64,000 nucleotides of DNA from Gemmatimonas sp. (lineage in GTDB: Bacteria > Gemmatimonadota > Gemmatimonadetes > Gemmatimonadales > Gemmatimonadaceae). The stretch is taken from positions 2,400,001-2,464,000 of the forward strand of contig OZ257156.1 of NCBI GenBank assembly GCA_965279375.1, read 5' to 3'. Below, in pieces: positions 1 to 9,990 of this stretch; within the stretch, counting starts at the first letter, position 1, and each line of letters begins with the position of its first letter. The translations under genes were made by a program, and so were the position numbers. The notes beneath the pieces were generated by a model. The model ran no database searches. It was not told the origin of the DNA and saw only the letters and a list, made by a program, of their open reading frames with translations.

Positions 1-1122
1 CGGTACCGTCTGCGTCGCCTGCGTGTCACCCGAGGGCTGTCCGGATGCTCCACCGCGACCGCTACCCATCTGCGACTGCGCGGTGCGCACCATGGCCACC
101 ACGGAATCCGGGTTGAGCCCGACGAACGTCGCTGCCGTCGCCGCTTCACGCAGCGTACGCACCGCATCGTTGGCCACCGCCACCACGTTCTCGCGACGCT
201 CGATGAGCAGCGAGACTTCGCCGTTCATGCCGGGCTTGAGAAAGCCCTCGTTGTTCTGGAGCGAGATGATGACAGGGAACATCGTGACGCTCTGCTGCAC
301 CACGGCCTGCGGTTCGATCTTCTCGACGACGCCCTGAAACGGACGATCCGGATACGCATCCACGGTAACGCGCGCCGGCTGGCCGCTCTTGACGTTGCCG
401 ATGTCCGTCTCGTTCACCAGCGCGCGCATGCGCACCTTGCTCAGGTCCGCCATCTGCAACAGCGTCGTGCCGCCACCAAACGCACCCGTGGCCGACGTGA
501 TCACCGTGCCCAGCGACACCGGCTTGGCGATGACCGTCCCGCCGATGGGCGCCACGACAGTGGCATCTTCGAGACGCTGCTTGGCGAGGTCGAGGTTTGC
601 GTTGGCGCGAATGAGCGCGCCCTGCGCCTGCGTCAGCGCGAGCGAGGCCGTCTCGAACTCCTGCGTCGTGATGATGCGCGTCTTGTACAGCTCATCGGAG
701 CGCTTCTTCTGCGCGGCCGCATTCTCGAGGCTGGCTTGCGCCGATCGCTGGTCGGCCAGCGACTGATCGTACTGGTTCTTCACGTCGCGCGTGTCGATCT
801 GCACCAGCAGGTCGCCGGGCTTCACGGTCGAGCCAATCTCGATCGGCATCTTGATGATGAGTCCCGACGCTCTCGACTTCACATCGACGATGTTGATCGG
901 CTCGACGGCGCCGGTGGCCTGCGCGTCCACGACGATCGTACGACGATCCACCGCGACGGTGCCAACCTTGGGCGCCGCTTCCTTCTTCGCGCCGCACGCG
1001 GCAAGCAGCGCCACCAACGCCAGCGTGAGTGGTACTCGCGACGCGGCATACGCCACACCGCCATGGGTGCGACGAACGTTCACCGACACGCTCCGGACAA
1101 TCCGAGAAGAGGTGGTCATCAT
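1..1122 (-). CDS. Efflux periplasmic adaptor subunit (MacA/HlyD-type membrane fusion protein), runs off the left edge
   Basis: Translated by hand from the ATG overlapping the TolC stop (TGATG): lipobox LLAAC, then ATGAVEPINIVDVKSRASG, VKPGDLLVQID, VVAPIGGTV, VNETDIGNVKSGQPARVTVDAYP, LKPGMNG. Absent from the ORF track because it has no stop in the window. Confidence 0.9.
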   Translation of the reverse strand, partial: MMTTSSRIVRSVSVNVRRTHGGVAYAASRVPLTLALVALLAACGAKKEAAPKVGTVAVDRRTIVVDAQATGAVEPINIVDVKSRASGLIIKMPIEIGSTVKPGDLLVQIDTRDVKNQYDQSLADQRSAQASLENAAAQKKRSDELYKTRIITTQEFETASLALTQAQGALIRANANLDLAKQRLEDATVVAPIGGTVIAKPVSLGTVITSATGAFGGGTTLLQMADLSKVRMRALVNETDIGNVKSGQPARVTVDAYPDRPFQGVVEKIEPQAVVQQSVTMFPVIISLQNNEGFLKPGMNGEVSLLIERRENVVAVANDAVRTLREAATAATFVGLNPDSVVAMVRTAQSQMGSGRGGASGQPSGDTQATQTVP

Positions 1123-2468
1123 CACAGCTCGCGTCCGAGCAGCGACGAGAGCTGCGCACGCGCGACACGACCGTCGAAACGCGCCTGAATCAGTGCCTGA
1201 CGCGCGACGTTCAGCTGCGTCTGTGACGTGAGCAGATCGAGCAGCGTGGACGCGCCGAGTGCATAGCGCTGCTGCTGCACGCGCAGATCTTCTTCCGCAG
1301 CGGCAATGGCGGCGAGCTGCACCTGCACGCGGGCCTGCGCATTCTGCAGCGAGCGCACGAACGACGTCAGGTTCTGTCGGGCCGCCAGTCGTGCATCGCG
1401 CAACTGCGCTTCAGCGTTGGTGAGCGCCACATCCAGCTGCACAGACTGTGTCTCACGCGCAAAGCCGTTGTACAGCTGGTAGGAGATGTTGAAATTCATC
1501 GTCTGCCGGCTGGCGTTGTTGCCGCCCACGAGCAGCAGATTTCCACCGGTGAATCCGCGGCTGTTCTGGCTGAACGCGTAGTTGTACGACATCGAAAGCG
1601 TGGGCAGATACGTCGACCGCTGCGAGCGCTTGGCTGCACGCGCCACCGCCACATTCGACTCGGCCAGACGCACGGCCGGCCCAGCCACCGCCATCGTCGC
1701 GAGTTCCAATTCTGTCGGCAACGTCAACGGCGTGTCGAGCGAGTCGTCGACAGACGCGGTGATCGTCGCGGTCGATCCGGCCACTCGCGTGAGTGCCGCA
1801 TTGGCGACGCGCAGATCGTTCTCGGCCGTCAGGACGGCCAACTGGGCGTTGCCCACCTGAATGGCGGAACGGAGCGAGTCGGACTTAGTGGCCACACCCG
1901 CCGCCACGCGCGCCGACGATGCCTTGAGCTGCTGCTCCGCCTGCTCGAGCTGTGCCTTGGCCGCTGCTGCCGACTCACGGGCCGCCAGCGCCGCATAGAA
2001 CTGCTGTTTCACCTGCAACGACGCATCGAAGCGCGCCGACACGGCGGAGACATCGGCCACGTCCGCGGTCGCGCGAATACGCTTGATCTCGGAGAACCGA
2101 CGCCCACCGTCGAAGAGTTCGAGGTTCAGTCCGAGTCCGTTGTTGTAGCTCCACGGGTTGCCGGAGAGCGACGTCAGCTGACCATTGAAGTTGTTGATGG
2201 TCGTGCCCTGCGTGCGGCCACTACCGGCCGTCAGGTTCACCGTCGGCACATACGCCCCGACCGCTTGCCGTCGCGCCGCACCGGCCGTGCGATCCAGCCC
2301 GCGCGCCGCGATCGCGGCCGGCGCATTGCGCGCAGCGAGGTCCACCGCCTCACGCAGCGTCACCGGACGCGCGGCGTCATCTCCAGCGGTCTGTGCCGCG
2401 AGCGGCGCGGCGAGCAACACGGCGCCCGCCAGCATCGCCGCAGAGCGGGAAGCAAAGCGCGCGCTCAT
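1122..2468 (-). CDS. TolC-family outer membrane efflux protein
   Basis: Signal peptide, VTLREAVDLA, two OEP repeats (LELFDGG; RYALGASTLLDLL). Confidence 0.92.
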   Translation of the reverse strand: MSARFASRSAAMLAGAVLLAAPLAAQTAGDDAARPVTLREAVDLAARNAPAAIAARGLDRTAGAARRQAVGAYVPTVNLTAGSGRTQGTTINNFNGQLTSLSGNPWSYNNGLGLNLELFDGGRRFSEIKRIRATADVADVSAVSARFDASLQVKQQFYAALAARESAAAAKAQLEQAEQQLKASSARVAAGVATKSDSLRSAIQVGNAQLAVLTAENDLRVANAALTRVAGSTATITASVDDSLDTPLTLPTELELATMAVAGPAVRLAESNVAVARAAKRSQRSTYLPTLSMSYNYAFSQNSRGFTGGNLLLVGGNNASRQTMNFNISYQLYNGFARETQSVQLDVALTNAEAQLRDARLAARQNLTSFVRSLQNAQARVQVQLAAIAAAEEDLRVQQQRYALGASTLLDLLTSQTQLNVARQALIQARFDGRVARAQLSSLLGREL

Positions 2469-2863
2469 CGACGGCCGCCCCGCATACGGCGCGTGCTGTC
2501 GGCTTTCTGCAGCCGGTCGATGATCTTGCGGAAATCCGCCTGCTGCTGCGGATCGAGCGACTGCATGAGCAGGACGCGAGCGCTATCGCGCACCGCGTCG
2601 AAGGACGGGCTAACGGAGTCCATGAGTTCCTTGTTGCGCGCACGACGCCAGTCGTAAATCGAATCGACCTTCTGCCGTTGCGCGTCGGAGAGATGCAGTT
2701 CACGCGCGAGACTGTCGCGCATCGCCCGTTCGTCCATGGGACCACGGCGCGGGCGCGAAAGATTGACGGCGCGATCGGCGACAAAGCCGACCGCACCTCC
2801 AGTGAGAAACGCCCCGATCAGAAAGATCCAGGCGAGCGACTTCGTACGAGGGTTGCTGGGCAC
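2465..2863 (-). CDS. Small membrane-anchored periplasmic protein, Spy/CpxP-like helical domain
   Basis: N-terminal TM helix, LHLSDAQRQKVD and LDPQQQADF (LTxxQ-like repeats), ATGA overlap with tolC. Confidence 0.6.
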   Translation of the reverse strand: MPSNPRTKSLAWIFLIGAFLTGGAVGFVADRAVNLSRPRRGPMDERAMRDSLARELHLSDAQRQKVDSIYDWRRARNKELMDSVSPSFDAVRDSARVLLMQSLDPQQQADFRKIIDRLQKADSTRRMRGGRR

Positions 2864-2875
2864 GGAGATGGCCGA

Positions 2876-3301
2876 CTACCAGTCGAGCGGATTGAGATAA
2901 CGCTCGGGTGCATCAGCCGGCAGACGCCGCCGCGGGCTCGACGTGAACGTCACCGCGTCACCTTCCAGTGCGCGCTGCAGTGCCGCGTCATAGGTGGTGT
3001 CCGCAGCGACGCCATTCGCCACCGACGGCGTGTTGAGATCGAGCGCGCGCTCGCGCACCATCGCCGCACCGGCCAGCAACAGCGCCATCGTCGCCGCCAC
3101 GAGTCCCACCGTGCGCACGTCGGCAAACACCGACCACCACGCCGGCGGCTGCGCTTCGCTGAGTCGCGCCAGCACACGCTGTTCAAGACCCGCCCAGTAG
3201 CTCTCCGACGTCGGAGATGCGTAGGCCGCACGCAGGAGGGCGTTCAGCGCGGGATCTCCCGCGTCGCTCCGCCCGTCGTCTGCCCGATTGAAGTTCGTCA
3301 T
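2876..3301 (-). CDS. Putative single-pass anti-sigma factor
   Basis: ATGA-coupled directly downstream of the ECF sigma gene, one central TM helix. Confidence 0.55.
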   Translation of the reverse strand: MTNFNRADDGRSDAGDPALNALLRAAYASPTSESYWAGLEQRVLARLSEAQPPAWWSVFADVRTVGLVAATMALLLAGAAMVRERALDLNTPSVANGVAADTTYDAALQRALEGDAVTFTSSPRRRLPADAPERYLNPLDW

Positions 3302-4014
3302 TCGTTGCTCCGCAGGTTGCCCAACAATCGCCGCAGGTGCGATCGGGCATGGTGCAAGTCCGATCGGGCGGTCCCCTCGGGAATTCCGAGCAGGGCGCCG
3401 ATCTCGGCGTGCTTGTATCCCTCGACGTCGTGCAGCACGATCACCGACCGCTGCCGTTCGCCCAGAGTGTCCAGCGCACGCGCCAGTCGCGTGCGCAATT
3501 CTTCCGCTTCTGCCGGATCGCGATGCGGTGACGACAACGTCTCCGGCAACTCGTCCGCGTCACGTACCTTCCGGCGCCGCGCGATATCCAGCGCAGCGTT
3601 CGCCACAATGCGGTGCAGCCACGCGCCGAACGCCTGTTCGGGGCGGAACCGCTCCAGCGCACGGAACGCATGCAGAAAACCTTCCTGCACCGCGTCTTCC
3701 GCGTCGTCATGCGAGAGGACGATCGAACGCGCCACCGCATAGGCCCGACGCTGATGCCGCTGCACCAGACCGGCAAACGCGACGCCGTCGCCGCGCTGGG
3801 CCGCCTGAACCAACGCCCGCTCCTCGAGCACATCCGGGGAAGGGAAGGGCAATTCGCTCACGGGCACCACCGGCACGACGCGCTCGCGGTTTCCAACGCG
3901 CGCCCCGACCTCAACGCTCTGCTCCGCCGCCGCTTCCGAACGCTCGCTTCCCGTGATGGGCCTCGTGGCCGGAACGGGAAGGGCGAGGGAAGTCATGCGG
4001 TCGGGTGGGGTCAT
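3298..4014 (-). CDS. ECF RNA polymerase sigma factor (sigma-70 family)
   Basis: DAEDAVQEGF, FGAWLHRIVAN (region 2), EGYKHAEIGALLGIPEGTARSDLHHAR (region 4). The true start may lie downstream. Confidence 0.95.
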   Translation of the reverse strand: MTPPDRMTSLALPVPATRPITGSERSEAAAEQSVEVGARVGNRERVVPVVPVSELPFPSPDVLEERALVQAAQRGDGVAFAGLVQRHQRRAYAVARSIVLSHDDAEDAVQEGFLHAFRALERFRPEQAFGAWLHRIVANAALDIARRRKVRDADELPETLSSPHRDPAEAEELRTRLARALDTLGERQRSVIVLHDVEGYKHAEIGALLGIPEGTARSDLHHARSHLRRLLGNLRSNE

Positions 4015-4640
4015 CAGGAATACGCGTCTCCGGCGACGGTCGTTGAATCGGGGCCGCTCACCCCGGCGAGACCGAGGGGGCCGGCTATCTCCTGCATGGC
4101 CACCAGCACGATGCCAATGTGCTCGTCCAGCGGCACGCCCAGCGCTTCGGCGCCCTGGACGATGTCGTCGCGATTGACGCCCCGCGCGAACCCCTTGTCC
4201 TTCATCTTCTTCTTCACGCCGGCCACGTCCACATCGGCGATCGCCTTGGACGGCTTCACCAGCGCCGATGCCGTGATCAATCCGGTCAGCTCGTCCACGG
4301 CAAACAGCGCCTGCGCCATGCGGGTGACGCGCGGTACCCCGGTGTAGTTACCGTGCCCCATCACCGCCTCACACACCTCCTCCGGCCACCCCAGCGACCG
4401 CAGGTGCCGCACCCCCTCCGCCGGGTGCTCTTCCGTGGGAGACTGGGCCGCGTTCGGGAAGCGCTCGTAGTCGAAATCGTGGATCAGCCCCGTCACCGCC
4501 CACGTCTGCACATCTTCGCCGAACCGCAGCGCATAGGCGCGCATCGCCGCTTCGACGGCGAGCATGTGCTTGCGCAGCGAATCGCTGGCCGTCCAGGACT
4601 CGACAAGCGCGAGAGTTTCGGCGCGGGTAGGTAGCGGCAC
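4014..4640 (-). CDS. HD-domain metal-dependent phosphohydrolase
   Basis: LRKHMLAVE, GLIHDFDYE, EEHPAEG, LFAVDELTG, FARGVNRDDI. Confidence 0.88.
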   Translation of the reverse strand: MPLPTRAETLALVESWTASDSLRKHMLAVEAAMRAYALRFGEDVQTWAVTGLIHDFDYERFPNAAQSPTEEHPAEGVRHLRSLGWPEEVCEAVMGHGNYTGVPRVTRMAQALFAVDELTGLITASALVKPSKAIADVDVAGVKKKMKDKGFARGVNRDDIVQGAEALGVPLDEHIGIVLVAMQEIAGPLGLAGVSGPDSTTVAGDAYS

Positions 4641-4732
4641 GGTCGCAGGGCTTAGGGCTGTCGGTGAACGATCCGCTCGGAGAGACGGTGCCCAAGGTTA
4701 GTCCAATGGGACGGGCCTCGCGACCCAAACGC

Positions 4733-6370
4733 CTAGTGAGCCATGTCCGCGCCGGGCACGCCGGTCGAGCGGCCGGTCCGCCAGATCAGGAGCAAAGGCA
4801 GCGCGACCACCAGCAGAATGCCGCTGATCAGAAACAGCTTGGAGAATGCCAGCACACTCGCCTGCGCGCTGATCTGCCGGTCCAGCATGGCGATCGCCTG
4901 CTGCTTCGCGACGAGGGCATCAGTTCCGCGCGACATCAGGCCGCGCGCCAGCGCGTTCACGCGCTCCATTGTCATCGCATCGTACGACCCCACATGCTCC
5001 GTCAGCACCGCCTTCTCCACCTTGGAGAAGCGGGAAAGTAGCGTCGCCATGATCGCGATGCCCAGCGATCCGCCCAGCTGACGCATCAGGTTGAACAAGC
5101 CCGTGCCCTGCCCGATGGAACGCACCGGCAAGCCAGCCACCGATGCATTCGTCAGCGGCACGAAGATCAGCCCCAGCCCCACGCCGCGCAGAATCAGTGG
5201 CCAGAAGAGCTGGTCGGTGCCCACATCCAGCGTGATCGACGACAATCGCCACATCGACGCGAGAAACAGAAACGAGCCCACCACCACCAACGGTCGCGCA
5301 TCCACCTTGGACGCCATGCGCCCCATGATCGCCATGGTGAAGGCCGACGCCAGCGCGCCTGGAAGTATCACCTGGCCGGTCTGCCATGCGGTGTAGCCGT
5401 GCAGCGATTGCAGAAACACTGGCAGCACGAACACCGACCCGTACAACGCGAGCCCCAGAAACGCCGCGAACAGCACACCCGGCGCCAGCTGTCGCGACTT
5501 GAGCACGCGGAAATCGATGATCGGTTCGGGCGTGCGCAGTTCGTGCCACACCAGCGCCGCCGCCGAGACGGCGCTCGTGACCGCGAGTGCCAGCACGAAC
5601 TTGGACTCAAACCAGTCGAACCGTTCGCCGCGCTCGAGCATCCACTGCAGCGAACCCACCGCCAGTGCCAACAACACAATCCCGGCCACATCGATCGACG
5701 TGGCGCGCACCTGATGCGCCGCGTTGCGCACGAACGTCCACACCATCCACGCCGCCGCGAGTCCGAGCGGCACGTTGATGTAGAAAATCCACGGCCACGC
5801 GTACGCATCCACGATGTAGCCGCCGAGCGTCGGGCCAAGCGTCGGGCCCACCATCACGCCCATGCCGAAGATCGCTTGCCCCATCCCGCGCTCTTCAGGC
5901 GGGAACGACTCGAAGATCGTCGTCTGTGCCGTCGACAGCAGCGCGCCGCCACCCAACCCCTGCACCACGCGCCACACCACGAGGCCCATCAACGACGTCG
6001 CCGCACCGCAGAAGAACGACGCCACGACGAACAGCAGAATCGAACCGGTGAGATAGCGACGCCGACCGAAATACGACGACAGCCAGCTCGACATCGGAAT
6101 CACGATCACGTTCGCGATGATGTACGACGTGGACACCCACGCGATTTCATCGAGCGTGGCGCCGAGCGTTCCCATCATGTGCGGAATCGCGACGTTCACG
6201 ATCGAGGTATCCACCAGCTCGAGCACCGCGGCCAGCGTCACCGCGATCGCGATCAGATAGCGATTCTTGTACGGATCGACGGCCGGCGCCGAACGGCTGT
6301 TCGTCGCAGCGTTTGACCCCGAGGCTCGCGGCGCAGTGGTCCGCGGGCCGGCCAGCACTGACGTGGACAC
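4733..6370 (-). CDS. emrB: DHA2-family MFS efflux permease (EmrB/QacA)
   Basis: VDTSIVNVAIP, VGPTLGPTLGG, WPWIFYINVPLG, FNLMRQLGGSLG. Confidence 0.93.
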   Translation of the reverse strand: MSTSVLAGPRTTAPRASGSNAATNSRSAPAVDPYKNRYLIAIAVTLAAVLELVDTSIVNVAIPHMMGTLGATLDEIAWVSTSYIIANVIVIPMSSWLSSYFGRRRYLTGSILLFVVASFFCGAATSLMGLVVWRVVQGLGGGALLSTAQTTIFESFPPEERGMGQAIFGMGVMVGPTLGPTLGGYIVDAYAWPWIFYINVPLGLAAAWMVWTFVRNAAHQVRATSIDVAGIVLLALAVGSLQWMLERGERFDWFESKFVLALAVTSAVSAAALVWHELRTPEPIIDFRVLKSRQLAPGVLFAAFLGLALYGSVFVLPVFLQSLHGYTAWQTGQVILPGALASAFTMAIMGRMASKVDARPLVVVGSFLFLASMWRLSSITLDVGTDQLFWPLILRGVGLGLIFVPLTNASVAGLPVRSIGQGTGLFNLMRQLGGSLGIAIMATLLSRFSKVEKAVLTEHVGSYDAMTMERVNALARGLMSRGTDALVAKQQAIAMLDRQISAQASVLAFSKLFLISGILLVVALPLLLIWRTGRSTGVPGADMAH

Positions 6371-6376
6371 GTGCGC

Positions 6377-7522
6377 CTACTTGACGATCACGTTGGCGAC
6401 GACCGACATCCCCGGACGCAGCGGACGTTCGGCACCCAACCCCTTCGTGATCTTGATGCGCACCGGAACCCGCTGCACGACCTTGGTGAAGTTGCCCGTC
6501 GCGTTGTCCGGCGGCAGCAATGCGAACTTGGCACCAGTGGCCGACGCGATGCTCTCCACCTCACCCTCGGCGGTCGCCCCATACGCATCGACTTCGATAT
6601 CCACCTTCTGTCCCACGTGCACACGCGCGAGCTGCGTTTCCTTGAGGTTGGCCGTCACGTACACGCCGCTGTCCGACACGACCGACATCAGCGTCTGCCC
6701 CGGCTGCACCAGCTGACCCAGCTCCACCATCTTCTTGGACACGGTCCCCGACAACGGTGCGCCGATGCTCGTGAACGACAGCTGCAGCGCCGCGTTAGCG
6801 CGCGCGGCTTCGGCCGCCTGCAAGCGTGCCTTTGCCAGTCGCACGCCGGCCTCGGCGTTGGCAATGCCCGACGTCGCTGCGTTTACCTGACGCTGCGTCG
6901 CCGTGAGCGTGGCCGTCGCCGCATCGAAGGCCGCCTGGGCCGCGTCGAGCTGCGCAACACTGATGATCTGCTTGCCCGACAGCTCCTTGGCGCGCGCGAG
7001 ATCGCTCTGCGCCTTCACCAGATTGGCGCGTGCCGCGATCACCTGCGCGTCGCCGACGTCGCGCTGGCTCGACGCCGAGCGCACCATCGCGTCAGCCTGC
7101 CCCTGCACGCCGCGCGCACCGGCGGTGGCGCGAGCCGCCGCGAGATCTGCTTCGGCTTGTGCCAACCGCACCTGATACTCGCGTTCGTCGATGCGCACGA
7201 CCACGGAGTCTGCGGCGACATGACCGTTCTCCGCCGCGTTCACCGCCGTCACGAAGCCACCGACCTTCGCAACGATGGGGACGATATGTCCATCCACCTG
7301 TGCATTGTCCGTGCTCTCGTGTCCCTGCGCGAAGCTCCAGCGCGTGAAGCCCCACCAGCCGGCGCCGGCGAGCAACACGAGCGGAATCGCAATGCGCAGC
7401 GGATTGCCCGATGTCGCCTTGGCTGGCGACGCGCCGCCGCCGGCAGGTGCCGCCGCATGCGCGCCGGTGCTGGCGCTCGCATCCGGGCGCGCAGGAGCAT
7501 TTTCAACAGTGGGAGTGGCCAT
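6377..7522 (-). CDS. emrA: EmrA-type HlyD membrane fusion protein
   Basis: STDNAQVDG, ANLKETQL, FALLPPDNATGNFTKVVQRVPVRI. Confidence 0.93.
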   Translation of the reverse strand: MATPTVENAPARPDASASTGAHAAAPAGGGASPAKATSGNPLRIAIPLVLLAGAGWWGFTRWSFAQGHESTDNAQVDGHIVPIVAKVGGFVTAVNAAENGHVAADSVVVRIDEREYQVRLAQAEADLAAARATAGARGVQGQADAMVRSASSQRDVGDAQVIAARANLVKAQSDLARAKELSGKQIISVAQLDAAQAAFDAATATLTATQRQVNAATSGIANAEAGVRLAKARLQAAEAARANAALQLSFTSIGAPLSGTVSKKMVELGQLVQPGQTLMSVVSDSGVYVTANLKETQLARVHVGQKVDIEVDAYGATAEGEVESIASATGAKFALLPPDNATGNFTKVVQRVPVRIKITKGLGAERPLRPGMSVVANVIVK

Positions 7523-7542
7523 GAGCAGGATCCGATTGGGCT

Positions 7543-7568
7543 GAGAAATCGCGTGGAGAAATCGCGTG
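7543..7568. repeat. Perfect 13-bp tandem duplication GAGAAATCGCGTG x2
   Basis: Read directly in the tolC-emrA spacer. Confidence 0.85.
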
Positions 7569-7606
7569 AAACGAGAGTGAAGATCGATTGCGTTGATCGA
7601 GCGGAA

Positions 7607-9007
7607 CTAAGGGAGCTGCTGCACCGCTCCGGTGGCGCGCGCGAGTGCTACGCGCGCGCTGTGGAACGATGCGAGTGCGTCGTTGCGCAGCGTCCGCGCC
7701 TGGTTCAATGAGAGCAGTGCGGTGATGACATCGGCGTTGCCCGCTACGCCGGCGCGAAAGCGCTCACGCGCCTGCGCCACTTCCTGTTCCGCAAGCTCCA
7801 GCCGTTCCCGAGCCGCGCCTACCTGCTCGCGCGCCGTCGAGAGGTCCAGCAGCGCGGCGCGCACGTCCAGCGCACTTTGTGCGCGCAGGTCGTTCAGCTT
7901 GGTATCGATTTCGCGCGAGCTTGCGATCTGCTCCTGCACGCGCCCGTCACGACGACCGCCGTCGAACAGTCCGACGGCCAGTTGAATGCCCCACGTGTAC
8001 GTCGGCAGCAGGTGATTCCAGCTCTTGCCGAGCTGCCCCTGGTCCGCCACGAGCGAGAGCTGCGGCGTGCGTTCCCAGCGAATCGCCGAGAGGTTGCGCT
8101 GCGACACATCCTGCAGCGCCTGCAGCGCACGCACGTCGGCGCGCGATGAGAACGCGTGCGATAGCGCCGAGCCTTCGTTCGGCACGACGGCGTCCACGGG
8201 CAGGCTGGCCAGCGAATCCGAGAGCGTCAGCGGTGCATCGAAGGCAATGTTGAGCACGCGCTTGAGTTCGAGCGTGCTGCGATCGCGATCACTGCGTGCG
8301 GCGATCAGCTGCGCGCGCGTCGCTGCCAGCTGCGACTGTGCGCGCGTCACATCGAGCGCGATGCCGGCCCCCGCCTGGAGCTGATCGCGCGCGATCCCCA
8401 ACAGGTCTGCCGCCAGTACCGAATCGGCCACGCGCGCCGCGAGCTGGGCGTCGGCGCGGGCCGCGCGTACGTACGCGGCCGCGGCTGTTGCTGCAGCGGC
8501 TTCGGCTTGCGCGTTCACTTCCGCCGTCGCTGCGCGCGAAGAGGACTGCGCCGCGCGCCACTTGGCCACGCTGCCCAGGTCGAGCAACGGCTGCGTGATG
8601 CGCGCGCGGAGGTCCACCGTCGGCACCGGGCCGATCAGCTGCCCGTTCGGGTTGAGCAGCGGCCTGCCGTCGGGACCGTTGAAGGCAAAGCCGAAGGTCG
8701 CCGAGTTGGTGGTGCGCGAGGCCTGCTGGATGCCGGCGACGATGTCGGGCATCAGCGCGCTGCGCTTCTGTGCGACGCGCGCATCGGCCTGCGCCACGCG
8801 CGTGCGCGCCACGTCCACCGCGCCATTCTGCTTGGCGGCCAGCCGCGCGGCATCGCCGAGCGAGAGGACGCTCTGTGCGCTCGCGCGTGCGACCGGCGCC
8901 AGGGTAGCAACCGTCAGCATGAGCGCCAGCAACGAGCCACGCGTGATTTGCGTCGGCAGGAAGTTCGATCGATCAGAGCGCATGAGTTGGAGCATGGAAG
9001 CCTTCAT
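7607..9007 (-). CDS. TolC-family outer membrane efflux protein
   Basis: Signal peptide, LSLGDAARLA, GLFDGGR, RFRAGVAGNADV. Confidence 0.92.
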   Translation of the reverse strand: MKASMLQLMRSDRSNFLPTQITRGSLLALMLTVATLAPVARASAQSVLSLGDAARLAAKQNGAVDVARTRVAQADARVAQKRSALMPDIVAGIQQASRTTNSATFGFAFNGPDGRPLLNPNGQLIGPVPTVDLRARITQPLLDLGSVAKWRAAQSSSRAATAEVNAQAEAAAATAAAAYVRAARADAQLAARVADSVLAADLLGIARDQLQAGAGIALDVTRAQSQLAATRAQLIAARSDRDRSTLELKRVLNIAFDAPLTLSDSLASLPVDAVVPNEGSALSHAFSSRADVRALQALQDVSQRNLSAIRWERTPQLSLVADQGQLGKSWNHLLPTYTWGIQLAVGLFDGGRRDGRVQEQIASSREIDTKLNDLRAQSALDVRAALLDLSTAREQVGAARERLELAEQEVAQARERFRAGVAGNADVITALLSLNQARTLRNDALASFHSARVALARATGAVQQLP

Positions 9008-9816
9008 GAATTCGCACGCGTTGCGTCCGCCACGGCCGAATCGGGGCGGAGGGCGTGCAAGTAGAAATCGAGAATTTCATTGCGAATCCCGTCATCGGAT
9101 GCCGACAACGTCGGGAAGAACTGTCGCCGACCGCACCAGATCGAGTGCATCATCGTGAGCGCCGAGAGCATGCGCGCAGCCGCGTCGGGTTCGATCTGGC
9201 GGAACTCGCCACGAGCGGTGCCGCGTGCGACCACGGAACCCACGAGTCGCTTGCCGCGTGCGACCACTTCGTCGGCGTAGAACTGCATCAGGTCCGGGAA
9301 ATGGTGCAGCTCGCCCAGCACGAGGCGTTGCACGACCTGAAAGCGATCGGAGCGGAGAAAGGCCCACCAGCCGTAGCTGATGCGGCGGAGCTGCGTTTCG
9401 GCGCTCTCGCCATCGGCCTCTTCCAGCCGCTGCTCCGCGGTTTCGATCGCGGCGATGGTTGTGTTGCGCACCATCTCGCGGAAGAGCGCTTCCTTGTTGG
9501 GGAAGTAGAGGTAGATGGTGCCCTTGGCCACGCCGGCCCGCTTGGCGATGTCGTCGAGTCGTGCGCTAGCCAGTCCGCGTTCGCCGAACTCGTGGAACGC
9601 CGCGTCGATGATCTGCTGCGGGCGCTCCTCGGGGGCGCGCCGTCGGCGATGCTCTCCAGCTTCCGGCTCACAACCCAACGGCTCGCAGAGCACCGGATCG
9701 CACGCGGTCGCCGCCAGGGCGGTCGCCGCCAAGGCGGCGTCGACGCCGTCGGGCGTGTCGCCCGGGGCGATCGGGTCGGGGAGCGGGTGCGAATGGGATG
9801 ACATTGCAGCAAGCAC
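9004..9816 (-). CDS. TetR/AcrR-family transcriptional regulator with N-terminal extension
   Basis: HTH LDDIAKRAGVAKGTIYLYFPNKEALF. ATG alternative at MSSHSH. Confidence 0.93.
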   Translation of the reverse strand: MLAAMSSHSHPLPDPIAPGDTPDGVDAALAATALAATACDPVLCEPLGCEPEAGEHRRRRAPEERPQQIIDAAFHEFGERGLASARLDDIAKRAGVAKGTIYLYFPNKEALFREMVRNTTIAAIETAEQRLEEADGESAETQLRRISYGWWAFLRSDRFQVVQRLVLGELHHFPDLMQFYADEVVARGKRLVGSVVARGTARGEFRQIEPDAAARMLSALTMMHSIWCGRRQFFPTLSASDDGIRNEILDFYLHALRPDSAVADATRANS

Positions 9817-9852
9817 TCGTTTCGTAGGGCAAATCTGGCGTGTTTTACTACT

Positions 9853-9868
9853 GACTGACTGGTCAGTC
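9853..9868. promoter_or_regulatory. Putative TetR operator GACTGAC-TG-GTCAGTC
   Basis: Perfect 7-bp inverted repeat in an AT-richer patch just upstream of tetR, typical of an autoregulated TetR operator. Confidence 0.75.
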
Positions 9869-9990
9869 TATAAACAGTCACGCCAAACGACAAGCGCGGT
9901 CGGCATTCCGTGACGGAACACCGACCGCGCTTCGTACCTGTGCACGTCCTGCGCCGAAGGCCGCTCGGGCGGCCTCAGCAACCCGCTCGG

